Notes: generated by a model from the sequence alone, not told the origin. 61,776 nt of DNA from Candidatus Omnitrophota bacterium (GCA_903944345.1 CAJARJ010000003.1:1-61776), one strand, 5' to 3'. Numbered from the stretch's first letter, positions 29,884-39,589 are shown. Program-made: numbers and translations.

Positions 29884-30675
29884 ATGAATCGTATTGATCA
29901 GAAATTTGAGAGTCTTCGTGCTGCCGGTAAAAAAGCGTTTATTGCTTTTATTACGGCGGGTTATCCGGATTTGTCGGTCACCGAGGCTTTGGCGGCCAGG
30001 TTTGAAGAGGCTGGCGTAGACATTCTGGAGCTGGGTGTTCCTTTTTCGGATCCGTTAGCGGACGGTCCGGTTATTCAGGCGGCTTCGTTTGAGGCGCTTT
30101 CCAAGGGAGTCACTTTGCTCAAGATCCTGGATTCGGTCAGGGCTATCCGCAAGCAGACACAGATTCCTCTGGCGCTGATGACATATTACAACCCGGTTTT
30201 TCATTTTGGGGAAGAACGCTTTGTTCGTGAGGCCAAGGCCGCGGGTGTGGACGGTCTTATCATTCCGGATTTGCCTGTCGAGGAAGCGGGGGGACTTGTT
30301 CGCGCAGCGCGTGAAGCCGATCTTTCAACGGTCTTTTTTCTGGCGCCTACCACGACCACTGATCGTATGCCTGGCATTCTCGAGGCTTCTACCGGTTTCG
30401 TCTATTTTGTTTCCGTGACTGGAGTGACCGGATCGGGGGTAACCGTTCCTGAAGATATTGCCAGAAGTATTTCCCGGGCACGTAAATTGACCCGTAAACC
30501 GGTTTGTGTCGGTTTCGGGGTTTCCACTCCGGCACAGGTCAAGGCTTTTGCTTCGATCTCTGACGGAGTCATTGTAGGCAGTGCTATTATCCGTCAAATG
30601 ACCGAACATTCACAAAAGCCCGATATGCTTGACCGGGTGAGCGCGTTTGTCAAACAACTCTCTTCATCATTGTAA
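29884..30675 (+). CDS. trpA: tryptophan synthase alpha chain
   Basis: MNRIDQKFESLRAAGKKAFIAFITAGYPD, LELGVPFSDPLADGPVIQ and YFVSVTGVTG motifs. The track ORF start at 29764 overlaps trpB, so ATG 29884 is used. Confidence 0.94.
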   Translation: MNRIDQKFESLRAAGKKAFIAFITAGYPDLSVTEALAARFEEAGVDILELGVPFSDPLADGPVIQAASFEALSKGVTLLKILDSVRAIRKQTQIPLALMTYYNPVFHFGEERFVREAKAAGVDGLIIPDLPVEEAGGLVRAAREADLSTVFFLAPTTTTDRMPGILEASTGFVYFVSVTGVTGSGVTVPEDIARSISRARKLTRKPVCVGFGVSTPAQVKAFASISDGVIVGSAIIRQMTEHSQKPDMLDRVSAFVKQLSSSL

Positions 30676-30713
30676 GCTTCCTGTAGGGGAGCGGGCGAAT
30701 TCCTTCGTTATAT

Positions 30714-31994
30714 ATGTATAAGAAGTCCACTCTTTCCAATAATTTGAGAATCATTTCCAGGGAATTCAAAGACCGTGAGAGCGTTGCTGTCGGGGTCTGG
30801 GTTGGTGTCGGCGGACGCTTCGAAGACGATGCCACCAAGGGCGCAGCCCATTTTCTGGAACATATTCTTTTCCGGGGAAGCCTCAAATATCCCTGTCATG
30901 AGATCAAGGGGTCCATCGAGGGTGTGGGTGGCTCGCTGAACGCCTTTACCGGTGAAGAGCAGACCTGTTTCTATGCCCGCGTTCCGGCCAAACACTTTGA
31001 CCTGACGATTGATATTCTTTGTGACATGGTCTTTTTCCCGATGATTCAGAAGAATGATCTCGAAAAAGAACGGGGCATTATTCTGGAAGAGATCAAGATG
31101 TATGGGGATCTTCCGCAGTACCATGTTCTGGAAATGCTCGATGCCATGGTTTGGCCCGAGCATCCTTTGGGGCAGAATCTGGCGGGTTCAAAAGAAACGG
31201 TCGGGCGAATGACCCGCACGGATCTGAGGGATTTTCACCGGCGTCATTATTCGCCGGATAATATTGTGGTCTCTGTTTGCGGCAATTTCTCACATGAGCG
31301 TCTTGAATCCTTGCTTGAAGCCAAACTGGCCAATTTTTCCAGTCAGCCCAAGGTTTCCTGTCTGCCTTTCAGCGGTTTACAAAAAAAACCGCAATCCGGT
31401 TTTTTTCGTAAAAAGACAGAACAGATGCATCTGGCAATCGGGGTGCCTTCCTTATGCTCCGAACATCCCGATAGTTACGCCCTGGCGGTTCTTAATATCA
31501 TTCTTGGCGGCAACATGTCCAGCCGTCTGTTTGATGAATTGCGGGAAAAAAGGGGCCTGGCCTATTCGATTTACAGCACGACCAGGACTTATGCGGACAC
31601 CGGGATGTTTATGATCAAGGCTGGTGTCGATAACAGCAAGCTCGTTGAGGCGGTCGGATTAATCGGCAAGATCCTGCGCCAGTTGCGTCGGGGTAAGGTT
31701 TCCGAAAGCGAATTCACCCGTGCGCGGGAGTATTATTATGGCCAGTTTGTTCTGGGTCTGGAGGATGCCACCGAACATATGATGTGGATTGGCGAATCAA
31801 TGGTCGAGCGTGACCGTATCCGCACATTGGGCGAGGTTGTCAGCCGCATCAACAGTTTGACGCCTGATGATATACGTCGGGTTGCTTCGGATATTCTGAA
31901 AGAGAAATGTTTTAATCTGGCCGTGGTCGGCCCGATAGAGGAGGCCCAGGAGAAAGAGCTTTCGAGAATGGTTGAGCAGGGCCTTTATTCGTGA
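30714..31994 (+). CDS. M16-family (pitrilysin/insulinase-like) zinc peptidase
   Basis: The inverted zinc motif HxxEH (GAAHFLEHILFRG) and the downstream E in ERGIILEEI. Confidence 0.88.
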   Translation: MYKKSTLSNNLRIISREFKDRESVAVGVWVGVGGRFEDDATKGAAHFLEHILFRGSLKYPCHEIKGSIEGVGGSLNAFTGEEQTCFYARVPAKHFDLTIDILCDMVFFPMIQKNDLEKERGIILEEIKMYGDLPQYHVLEMLDAMVWPEHPLGQNLAGSKETVGRMTRTDLRDFHRRHYSPDNIVVSVCGNFSHERLESLLEAKLANFSSQPKVSCLPFSGLQKKPQSGFFRKKTEQMHLAIGVPSLCSEHPDSYALAVLNIILGGNMSSRLFDELREKRGLAYSIYSTTRTYADTGMFMIKAGVDNSKLVEAVGLIGKILRQLRRGKVSESEFTRAREYYYGQFVLGLEDATEHMMWIGESMVERDRIRTLGEVVSRINSLTPDDIRRVASDILKEKCFNLAVVGPIEEAQEKELSRMVEQGLYS

Positions 31995-32024
31995 GGGGGC
32001 TCTTGGCTAGAAGAGTTTTTGCGA

Positions 32025-32053
32025 TTGACAGTTGTTCGGTTCTTGAGTAGACT
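32025..32053 (+). promoter_or_regulatory. sigma70-type promoter for the small ORF / rsfS / argS unit
   Basis: TTGACA (32025-32030), 17-nt spacer, TAGACT (32048-32053). Confidence 0.5.
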
Positions 32054-32097
32054 TGAGGCTACATTTTTAATTTGGCAGGTTATTTCAGGGAGGTCTT

Positions 32098-32268
32098 ATG
32101 GAAGCATTATCGTTTTATGATGTTAAGCTGAAGACAAAGTTCGAATCTTCCAATTATACTGTTCAGGAGAAAAGCGGTCGCTTTTTTGCGGTTGCCAAAT
32201 CTCCGAGCGGTCCGCATGAGTGCTGGCGGGTCTTGAGTAAAGACCAGGCTGCCAAGTTGAAGAAGTGA
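32098..32268 (+). CDS. unannotated 56-aa basic protein (below the ORF-track cutoff)
   Basis: ATG lies 5 nt after a GGGAGG RBS. Translation: MEALSFYDVKLKTKFESSNYTVQEKSGRFFAVAKSPSGPHECWRVLSKDQAAKLKK. Its TGA overlaps the GTG start of rsfS (GTGA). Confidence 0.6.
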   Translation: MEALSFYDVKLKTKFESSNYTVQEKSGRFFAVAKSPSGPHECWRVLSKDQAAKLKK

Positions 32269-32705
32269 AAAATACTCCTTCTGCCAATAACAATTTGTTG
32301 CCAGCAGCAGATGTTGCCCGGATAATCGCCCGGGTGGCTTCCGACAAGAAGGCCGAGCATATTGTCATTCTTGATATGCGGACTATTGTCAATTATTGTG
32401 ACTATTTTGTGCTTTGTTCGGCTTCCGGTAATCGTCACGTCAAGGCGGTAGCGGACGGAGTCGAAAGCGGCCTTCTGGAGCACGGGATCAAGGTGCGTTA
32501 TTCTCAGGGAGTCGACAGCGCTGGCCGCAGGAGCTTTCCATCGTATATGGGAAAGTCTGTTGCCGGGGCTGCTGAAGAATCCGCTCGCGGGCATTGGGCC
32601 TTGCTGGATCTGGGGGATGTGGTGGTGCATATCTTTGAGTCGGATTCACGTGATTTTTATGGTCTGGAGCATCTCTGGCAGGGGGCGGCCAAGGTCGAAT
32701 GGTAG
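32265..32705 (+). CDS. rsfS: ribosomal silencing factor RsfS (iojap family), with an internal ~25-aa insertion
   Basis: VILDMRTIVNYCDYFVLCSASGNRHVKAVAD and WALLDLGDVVVHIF motifs. Confidence 0.88.
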   Translation: MKNTPSANNNLLPAADVARIIARVASDKKAEHIVILDMRTIVNYCDYFVLCSASGNRHVKAVADGVESGLLEHGIKVRYSQGVDSAGRRSFPSYMGKSVAGAAEESARGHWALLDLGDVVVHIFESDSRDFYGLEHLWQGAAKVEW

Positions 32706-34384
32706 AGTCCATGTTTGATCAGATTCAGTTTCGTTTGGCGGAGGTTGTCCGCGTGGCCGCGCTTAAGGTGTGTGGTTCCGGAATCACTGTCCCCGCTGTC
32801 GAGATTGATTCGCCTGCCCACAAGGAACATGGAGACCTGGCTTGTAATCTGGCTTTAAAACTTTCCTCGCTTTTGCGCAAGAATCCTTTTGAGATCGCCG
32901 GAATGCTGGCTGTGGCAGTTAAGGAGCAGCTGGCGGAATCTTCTTTGCGTGATACGGTTTTATCGGTTGAGATTTTTAAACCGGGATTCATCAATTTTCG
33001 TCTTGCCCCTCAGGTGTATCGTCTTTTACTCGCGGACATTTTGGCCAAGGGCGACTCTTACGGGAAAACCGGTTTTGGGCAAGGCAAGCGGGTTCTGGTC
33101 GAATTTGTTTCTGCCAATCCTACGGGACCGTTGACGGTGGCCCATGCTCGTCAGGCAGCCGTGGGGGATGTTTTAGTCAATGTCCTCAATTTTACCGGGC
33201 ATCATGCCGAGCGCGAGTTTTATGTTAATGATGGCGGCAATCAGATCCGTACGCTGGGTCTTTCTGTGCAGCTAAGAACAAAAGAGCTTTTTGGCGCCAA
33301 GATAGAATATCCTGAGGATTGTTATCAGGGAGACTATATTGCTGAAATGGCGTCGGTTTTTGCGCAGCAAAAAAAGATGGCGTCTTTGGCTGATGCCGAG
33401 GCGATATCTTTCGAAGACTATTGTTCGTTTGCCAAAGACTATCTGATGGAGGTTATCCGCGAAGATTTGCGTATTTTCCGGGTAGCTTTTGATAACTGGA
33501 CTTTTGAAAGCCAGGTCTCCTCGCAGGAAAAGATCGCGGCTACTCTGGAGGAACTGCGCGGCAAGGGGTTCATTTACGAGAAGGAAGGGGCTCTCTGGTT
33601 TGCTTCGACCCGTTTTGGTGACGACAAGGACCGGGTTGTGCGCAAGAGTGACGGTTTTTATACCTATCTGGCCCCGGATATTGTTTATCACAAAAACAAA
33701 TATGATCGCGGGTTTGATCTGCTGGTCGATATTCTTGGTCCCGATCATCATGGCTATATTCCAAGGATCAAGGCGGCAGCTCAGGCCTTGGGCCGGGATG
33801 CGTCTGCGTTGGAAGGTTTGATCATTCAGTTGGCCACCATTTTTCGTGATGGCAAACAGCTGCGTATGTCAACCCGTGCCGGTGAATTTATTACCTTGCG
33901 CGAAGTGGCCGAAGAAGTCGGTACAGATGCAGGCCGCTTTTTTATGCTGATGCGCCAGGTCAGTCAGCAGCTGGAGTTTGATATTGATCTTGCCAAGAAA
34001 CAGGCTTCAGACAACCCTGTTTATTATGTGCAATATGCCCATGCCCGGATTTCCAGCCTTTTACGCCGGGCCAGGGAAGAGTCCGGTTTGCTGCCGGCGG
34101 CGTCTTTCTCGCATATAGCCGAGGAGGCGGAAATTGAGTTGATCAAGTGCCTGCTGGCCTTCCCGGAATATCTTAATACCTGTGCGCGTGATCTGGATCC
34201 GTTCACCCTGACCCGGTACACCCAGGAGCTGGCGGCGGCTTTCCATCGTTTTTATGACCGTTGCCGGGTTATTGATGATAACCCTGCTGTCGCTGTCGAA
34301 CGCTTGGCTCTTTGTCAGGCAACGCGTCAGGTCTTGTTTAGCAGTCTCAAACTTCTCGGCATTACCGCGCCGGAGAAAATGTAA
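32699..34384 (+). CDS. argS: arginine--tRNA ligase
   Basis: SANPTGPLTVAHARQA (HIGH-type region), the DHHGYI context, MSTRAGEF (KMSK-type region) and the C-terminal DALR domain (YVQYAHARI). The true start may be ATG 32711. Confidence 0.94.
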   Translation: MVESMFDQIQFRLAEVVRVAALKVCGSGITVPAVEIDSPAHKEHGDLACNLALKLSSLLRKNPFEIAGMLAVAVKEQLAESSLRDTVLSVEIFKPGFINFRLAPQVYRLLLADILAKGDSYGKTGFGQGKRVLVEFVSANPTGPLTVAHARQAAVGDVLVNVLNFTGHHAEREFYVNDGGNQIRTLGLSVQLRTKELFGAKIEYPEDCYQGDYIAEMASVFAQQKKMASLADAEAISFEDYCSFAKDYLMEVIREDLRIFRVAFDNWTFESQVSSQEKIAATLEELRGKGFIYEKEGALWFASTRFGDDKDRVVRKSDGFYTYLAPDIVYHKNKYDRGFDLLVDILGPDHHGYIPRIKAAAQALGRDASALEGLIIQLATIFRDGKQLRMSTRAGEFITLREVAEEVGTDAGRFFMLMRQVSQQLEFDIDLAKKQASDNPVYYVQYAHARISSLLRRAREESGLLPAASFSHIAEEAEIELIKCLLAFPEYLNTCARDLDPFTLTRYTQELAAAFHRFYDRCRVIDDNPAVAVERLALCQATRQVLFSSLKLLGITAPEKM

Positions 34385-34393
34385 TATACCTAT

Positions 34394-36100
34394 ATGTCGC
34401 ATTCCAGACGTTGGCGCCTGCAACCGCAGTCTCCGGAACTTTGCAGCCGGATAGCTGCAGAATTATCCATTCATCCTTTGGTCGCCCAGGTGTTGGTCAA
34501 TCGCGGAATCTCCTCCGGCGATCTGGCCCGCTCATTTCTCAAGCCAGACCTTGATCAATTGCATGACCCGTTTCTTCTGCCTGGGATGGACAAAGCTGTC
34601 CAGCGCCTCAGGTTGGCCTGTCGTAATTCCGAAAAAGTGCTGGTGTATGGTGATTATGATGTTGACGGAGTGACGTCGACCGCTGTGGTCTGGAGGTATC
34701 TTCGATCCATTGGCCTGGAGGCTTTCAGGTACATCCCTCATCGTATGGAGGAGGGGTACGGATTGAATTCCGAGTCCGTTTCTGTGATCAGAGACCAGGG
34801 GGTGTCGCTGGTGATTACGGTGGACTGCGGAGTCACTTCGCGGGAGCAGATTCAGGCGCTCAGGGATCAGGGCATTGATACGATTGTTATCGATCATCAC
34901 GAGCCTGAGGAAGGGGCTTTCCCACAGGCGGCTGTAGCTGTTATTGACCCCAAATGCGAGGGCAGTACTTATCCGTTCAGGGATCTGGCGGGCGTTGGTC
35001 TGGCGGCCAAATTTGTTCATGCGGCGTCCGGCAAGTTTCCTTTGCATGATCTTGATCTGATAACTTTGGGGACTATTGCTGATGTTGTTCCTTTGCGCGG
35101 GGAGAACCGGATTATTGTCCAGGCCGGGCTTGGTTCTATTTATCGTACGACAAAACCCGGGCTGAGGGCACTCATACGCCTGGCCCGGATTGAAGGCAAG
35201 CCCGTGACCACTTACACGGTCGGATTTACTCTGGGGCCAAGACTTAATGCAGCCGGACGTATGGGGACAGCCAAAACGTCTCTTGATTTGCTGCTTTGCG
35301 AAGATGATGCCGCTTCAGATGGCCTTGCCGAGTTGCTTGAGGAGCATAACCGTGAACGGCAAAAGATACAGAATTCGGTGTTTGAGCAGGCGGCGGCCAT
35401 GGTCGAGGACGATCCTTCTTTTCGTGAACAGAAGGTGCTGGTTGTGCATGGTGATAATTGGCATCGGGGGGTGTTGGGCATTGCCGCTTCCAAGTTGACC
35501 GATCGTTATGCCCGTCCTTCGGTGGTCATATCTTTTTCTGATGGTCTGGGTACCGGGTCCGCGCGTTCGATTGAGGGCTTTCATCTTAATGAGGCTTTTG
35601 CCGCCTGTGCTTCGGCATTGGAATCGTTTGGCGGGCATAGCCGGGCAGCCGGATTGAAGGTGCGCCGGGACAAAGTGTCAGATTTACGCGCCCTGATTAA
35701 TGTTTTTGCCGGCAAGAACCTGGCAGCGGATATGTTACCGGTTATAGATGTGGATGCACAATTGCCGTTAGCGCAGGTTTCCATGGAGTTGCTGGGACAG
35801 CTGGCGGCGCTTGAGCCATATGGCGAGGCTAATCCTGCGCCGTTTTTTGCGACCAGACATTTGCGTCTCAAGACTTCCGTGCAGGTGATGGGCAAGGAAA
35901 CGGTCAAGTTCTGGGTGACTGATGGGCGAGTGGCTTGCCAGGCTGTAGGTTTCGGGATGGCCAAGGTTTGTTCTGATCTGAAAATTGGTCAGCCAGTTGA
36001 TATCGTTTATAATCTGGCTGTGGATGACTGGAATAAGGTTGCACAGCCGCAGTTGACGTTGAAGGATATTCGGCCGGGGAAAAGCGGTCAGAAACAATAA
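34394..36100 (+). CDS. recJ: single-stranded-DNA-specific exonuclease RecJ
   Basis: DHH-family motifs VYGDYDVDGVTS, ITVDCG and VIDHHEP, plus the DHHA1 motif GGHSRAAG. Confidence 0.94.
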   Translation: MSHSRRWRLQPQSPELCSRIAAELSIHPLVAQVLVNRGISSGDLARSFLKPDLDQLHDPFLLPGMDKAVQRLRLACRNSEKVLVYGDYDVDGVTSTAVVWRYLRSIGLEAFRYIPHRMEEGYGLNSESVSVIRDQGVSLVITVDCGVTSREQIQALRDQGIDTIVIDHHEPEEGAFPQAAVAVIDPKCEGSTYPFRDLAGVGLAAKFVHAASGKFPLHDLDLITLGTIADVVPLRGENRIIVQAGLGSIYRTTKPGLRALIRLARIEGKPVTTYTVGFTLGPRLNAAGRMGTAKTSLDLLLCEDDAASDGLAELLEEHNRERQKIQNSVFEQAAAMVEDDPSFREQKVLVVHGDNWHRGVLGIAASKLTDRYARPSVVISFSDGLGTGSARSIEGFHLNEAFAACASALESFGGHSRAAGLKVRRDKVSDLRALINVFAGKNLAADMLPVIDVDAQLPLAQVSMELLGQLAALEPYGEANPAPFFATRHLRLKTSVQVMGKETVKFWVTDGRVACQAVGFGMAKVCSDLKIGQPVDIVYNLAVDDWNKVAQPQLTLKDIRPGKSGQKQ

Positions 36101-36103
36101 AAA

Positions 36104-36129
36104 AGCCCCGACTTAATCGGGGCTTTTTT
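36104..36129. terminator. bidirectional intrinsic terminator between convergent recJ and rpmB
   Basis: AGCCCCGA-cttaa-TCGGGGCT forms an 8-bp stem. It is flanked by AAAAA upstream and TTTTTTA downstream. Confidence 0.85.
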
Positions 36130-36149
36130 ATTTGTCAGTCTAGAAAGTA

Positions 36150-36419
36150 TTAATTCTTTGCGGCATTCGCACGTTGAACCGAGGCTTTTCCTGCCTTGGT
36201 GATTTTGCCGGCACGAATCATGCGGGCAGTAACCCAGACATATTTGACAGTGCCTTTTTCGTCAACAGCTTTGACACGCTGCAGGTTGGGGCGGATGACC
36301 CGCAGGGTTTTTCCTACGATCTTGGAACCCGCGCCGCCTTTACGGCGAACCATACCGCGTCTTTTATATTTACGACCGGAAGTCGGCCCTGCACCGGAAA
36401 CAACACAACGTTTGCCCAT
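36150..36419 (-). CDS. rpmB: 50S ribosomal protein L28
   Basis: MGKRCVVSG..P.SG...........GG........T.R...PNLQRVK has a bL28-like pattern. A GAGGA RBS precedes the ATG. Confidence 0.88.
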   Translation of the reverse strand: MGKRCVVSGAGPTSGRKYKRRGMVRRKGGAGSKIVGKTLRVIRPNLQRVKAVDEKGTVKYVWVTARMIRAGKITKAGKASVQRANAAKN

Positions 36420-36460
36420 AAAAAATCCTCAGTTTGTCAAGTTTTATAACAAGATGTAAG

Positions 36461-36488
36461 ATTTTAATGGATTAGCTGTCTTTGTCAA
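36461..36488 (-). promoter_or_regulatory. sigma70-type promoter for rpmB
   Basis: Read on the minus strand: TTGACA (36488-36483), 16-nt spacer, TAAAAT (36466-36461). Confidence 0.5.
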
Positions 36489-36620
36489 GAGATTTTACTT
36501 AAGGACTTGTTATTGTCTGGTTGCACTATTTCCAGGTGCGCGTAACTTCTATGCTGATTTTTGTCCAGGGATGAGTTATAATCCATTTTGTATTCCATGA
36601 CCACTTATATAGGTTTACTT

Positions 36621-37325
36621 ATGAAACGATGTCCTTATTGCGCGGAAGAAATTCAGGCTGCGGCGGTGTTCTGCCGTTGGTGTCGTAAAGATTTGACCTG
36701 GACTCGTGGCAATGCCCGCGGATTGATGCGCAAGGTGCTTTGGTTATTGCTTCTTGGCGCGGGGATTTCTTTTTTTTTGCCTTTTGCCCGTTTGTATTGG
36801 CCGATGGCAGGTGTGCAGTCTTTTTCTGCGGCGGGAGTTCTTTTTGAACTTTCCCGTCCTTTTGCTCAGGAAGGGAAAAGGACTCCGGACGGGCGCTTTG
36901 CTCTGGATGTGCGTTCTTTGGTCGGGAAAATGGATGCTACGGGCTCGGGGGAGTTGTTGCGTTCACGGCCTTTGTATCGTGTGATCCCTTTTGGCTTTCT
37001 GTGCGGAGGGTTAGCCTACCTGCTTCTGATCTTTTCTGCCATCGGAATATGGCGTAGACGGATGGGTTTTGCCGGGGCCGCGGCTTTTGGGGCGGGGATA
37101 ATGAGTCTTTTTTTCTACGTGGCGATTTGTCTTGTTGATGATTTGGTGCAGGCGGTTGTGGCTTCCGCGTTTGCTCCGGGCAAGGATAATCCTTTTGCGG
37201 CTTTTGCATCCGCCTTTGTGCAGGGGATTCGTGTTGAATCTTCCGGGGCGGTCTTTTTTCTTGGCGGCGCGGCATTCCTGATTGCGGTGCTGTGCCGGGG
37301 GATTGCGGGCAATCAGGCGGAATAA
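36621..37325 (+). CDS. membrane protein with N-terminal zinc-ribbon
   Basis: [25 protein letters not shown] (CxxC..CxxC) is followed by 4-5 hydrophobic spans. ATG 36621 is preferred over the track start at 36588. Confidence 0.7.
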   Translation: MKRCPYCAEEIQAAAVFCRWCRKDLTWTRGNARGLMRKVLWLLLLGAGISFFLPFARLYWPMAGVQSFSAAGVLFELSRPFAQEGKRTPDGRFALDVRSLVGKMDATGSGELLRSRPLYRVIPFGFLCGGLAYLLLIFSAIGIWRRRMGFAGAAAFGAGIMSLFFYVAICLVDDLVQAVVASAFAPGKDNPFAAFASAFVQGIRVESSGAVFFLGGAAFLIAVLCRGIAGNQAE

Positions 37326-37346
37326 TCCGGGTTGAATGGAGATAAT

Positions 37347-39062
37347 ATGAAAGAATTAAAGCCTTTTGTCGGACGCTCTTTTGTACCGGAGCAGGTCGAT
37401 CTTGCTCGCAGGGAGGATGTTGTTCGATTGCTGCAGGAACTTTTGGATCGTCCGGTGGAGTCTGTGGTGGATTTGGAGCGGTGGCTGTTGGATCGTTCGG
37501 AATTTGAAGCGGCCCTGGGTCAGACGGGCAGCTTTCTTTATATCGCAATGACCTGCGATACTTCAGACAGTGTCAAATCCCAGCGCTATTTGAAATTTGT
37601 TGAAGAGGTCGAGCCTGCGGTCAAGCCGCTGGAGCATGCTCTTGATGTGAAGTTTCTTGAACTGGAAAAGCGTTTTTCGCTGGATAAAGACCGGTATGCG
37701 ATCTACAGGCGTTCGTCGGCGGTTGCGGTCAAACTTTTTGTTGAGCGTAATATTCCTTTGCAAACCCGGCTGGCGCTTTTGTCTCAGGAATACCAGACGA
37801 TTTGCGGGGCAATGATGGTAACCTTTGATGGTCGCGAGCAGACTTTACCGGAAATGTCCAGGTACCTGCAGGAGACCGATCGTTCCTTGCGGGAGAGGGC
37901 GTGGAAAGCGGTTGCGTCCCGCAGGATGCAGGAATCCGTACGACTGGAAGAGTTGTTTGATCGTATGCTTATATTGCGTAATGAACTTGCCCTGAATGCC
38001 GGATTCGCGAATTTCCGGGATTATCAGTTCGAGGCTTATCAGCGTTTTGATTACGGCCCGCAGGATTGTCGGGCCTATCATCAGTCCGTTGAGGAGGTTG
38101 TTGTCCCGTTCTTGAGGGAAATCAATGCACTCAGACGCGCACAGATGGGGGTGTCAACTTTGCGTCCCTGGGATACGGCGGTAGATCCGCTGGCCCGGCC
38201 CGCGTTAAGGCCTTTCAAGGATGTTGCACAATTGCAGAGCGGCGTGGGGCAGGTGGTGCGCAGGATAGATTCGGGGCTTGCTGAATTATATGATGAGATG
38301 GCTGCATTGCAGTTGCTGGATCTGTCAAGTCGTAAGGGGAAAGCTCCCGGTGGCTATCAGAATACTCTCGATGAGTCGCGCAAACCTTTTATCTTTATGA
38401 ATGCCGTCGGCCTTGATGATGATGTCCGTACTCTGTTGCACGAGTCCGGGCATGCGTTTCATGCGTATCTTTGCGCACACGAGCCTTTGGTGGATTATCG
38501 GCACGCGCCCATGGAGTTTTGTGAGGTGGCGTCCATGTCTATGGAGTTGATGGCCAATGATCATCTGGATGTTTTTTATACCCCTGCGGATGCCAGACGT
38601 TCTGTGGTGGAGTTTCTGGAAGGGGTTGTCACGACATTGGCCTGGGTTGCGGTGATTGATGCCTTTCAGCATTGGCTTTATGAGAATCCCGGTCATTCGG
38701 CTTGCGAGCGTTCGCAGGCCTGGCTGCGTTGCCATCGCCAGTTGAGCGGGGATGTTCTGGACTGGTCCGGGCTTGAGAATGAACGGACTTCTTTATGGCA
38801 TCGGCAGCTGCATATTTTTGAAGTTCCGTTTTACTACATAGAGTACGGTATTGCCCAATTGGGAGCCTTGCAGTTATGGCGTCAATTTCGTAAAGACCCG
38901 CAGGCTGCGGTGGCGAATTATAAAAAGGCATTGGCCTTGGGCGGTTCGCGTCCTTTACCGGAACTTTTTCAGGCCATGGGCATTCGTTTTGATCTTTCCC
39001 GGGAGATGATGGTGCCTCTTTTGGCGGATGTGCGCGCTCTCTGGAAGGAGTTAAGCGCATGA
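37347..39062 (+). CDS. pepF: M3-family oligoendopeptidase F
   Basis: The HExxH zinc site (LLHESGHAFH) has the downstream E in EFCEVASM. ATG lies 5 nt after GGAG. Confidence 0.88.
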   Translation: MKELKPFVGRSFVPEQVDLARREDVVRLLQELLDRPVESVVDLERWLLDRSEFEAALGQTGSFLYIAMTCDTSDSVKSQRYLKFVEEVEPAVKPLEHALDVKFLELEKRFSLDKDRYAIYRRSSAVAVKLFVERNIPLQTRLALLSQEYQTICGAMMVTFDGREQTLPEMSRYLQETDRSLRERAWKAVASRRMQESVRLEELFDRMLILRNELALNAGFANFRDYQFEAYQRFDYGPQDCRAYHQSVEEVVVPFLREINALRRAQMGVSTLRPWDTAVDPLARPALRPFKDVAQLQSGVGQVVRRIDSGLAELYDEMAALQLLDLSSRKGKAPGGYQNTLDESRKPFIFMNAVGLDDDVRTLLHESGHAFHAYLCAHEPLVDYRHAPMEFCEVASMSMELMANDHLDVFYTPADARRSVVEFLEGVVTTLAWVAVIDAFQHWLYENPGHSACERSQAWLRCHRQLSGDVLDWSGLENERTSLWHRQLHIFEVPFYYIEYGIAQLGALQLWRQFRKDPQAAVANYKKALALGGSRPLPELFQAMGIRFDLSREMMVPLLADVRALWKELSA

Positions 39063-39589
39063 GCAAAAAGGATTTGATACGCACGGGGCGGTATTTACGT
39101 CTGGTTATTCGTGACGGCTGGGAATATGTGGAGCGTGTTAACAGTTCCGGGGTTGTTATTATTGTCGGCAAGACCGATGAGGACAAGGTTGTGCTGGTCG
39201 AGCAGTTCCGGCATCCGGTGGGCAAGAATACGATTGGTTTCCCGGCCGGGCTTGTTGGCGACGATCGGGGATGTCGTGGTGAAGACGTCCTTGCCGCTGC
39301 CAAACGGGAGTTGCTGGAAGAAACCGGCTATGCAGCCCGGAAATTTCGTGTATTTTTTGTCGGTCCCGTTTCGGCAGGAATGTGTGCGGATATGGTTACG
39401 ATCGTTCATGCTTCCGGTTTGCGCAAGGTTGCTGCTGGCGGAGGCGTTGACGAACATGAACAGATCTCTGTACATGAAATTCCTTTGGGGAGAATCAATT
39501 CTTGGCTGCGGGCGCAAGTGAGAAAAGGCAAGTTGGTCGGGCCGAATGTTTTTGCCGGGCTTTATTTTCTGGAGCACTGGACGCGATGA
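39059..39589 (+). CDS. NUDIX hydrolase (ADP-ribose pyrophosphatase-like)
   Basis: Nudix box GLVGDD...EDVLAAAKRELLEETGY. ATGA overlaps occur at both ends. Confidence 0.85.
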   Translation: MSKKDLIRTGRYLRLVIRDGWEYVERVNSSGVVIIVGKTDEDKVVLVEQFRHPVGKNTIGFPAGLVGDDRGCRGEDVLAAAKRELLEETGYAARKFRVFFVGPVSAGMCADMVTIVHASGLRKVAAGGGVDEHEQISVHEIPLGRINSWLRAQVRKGKLVGPNVFAGLYFLEHWTR

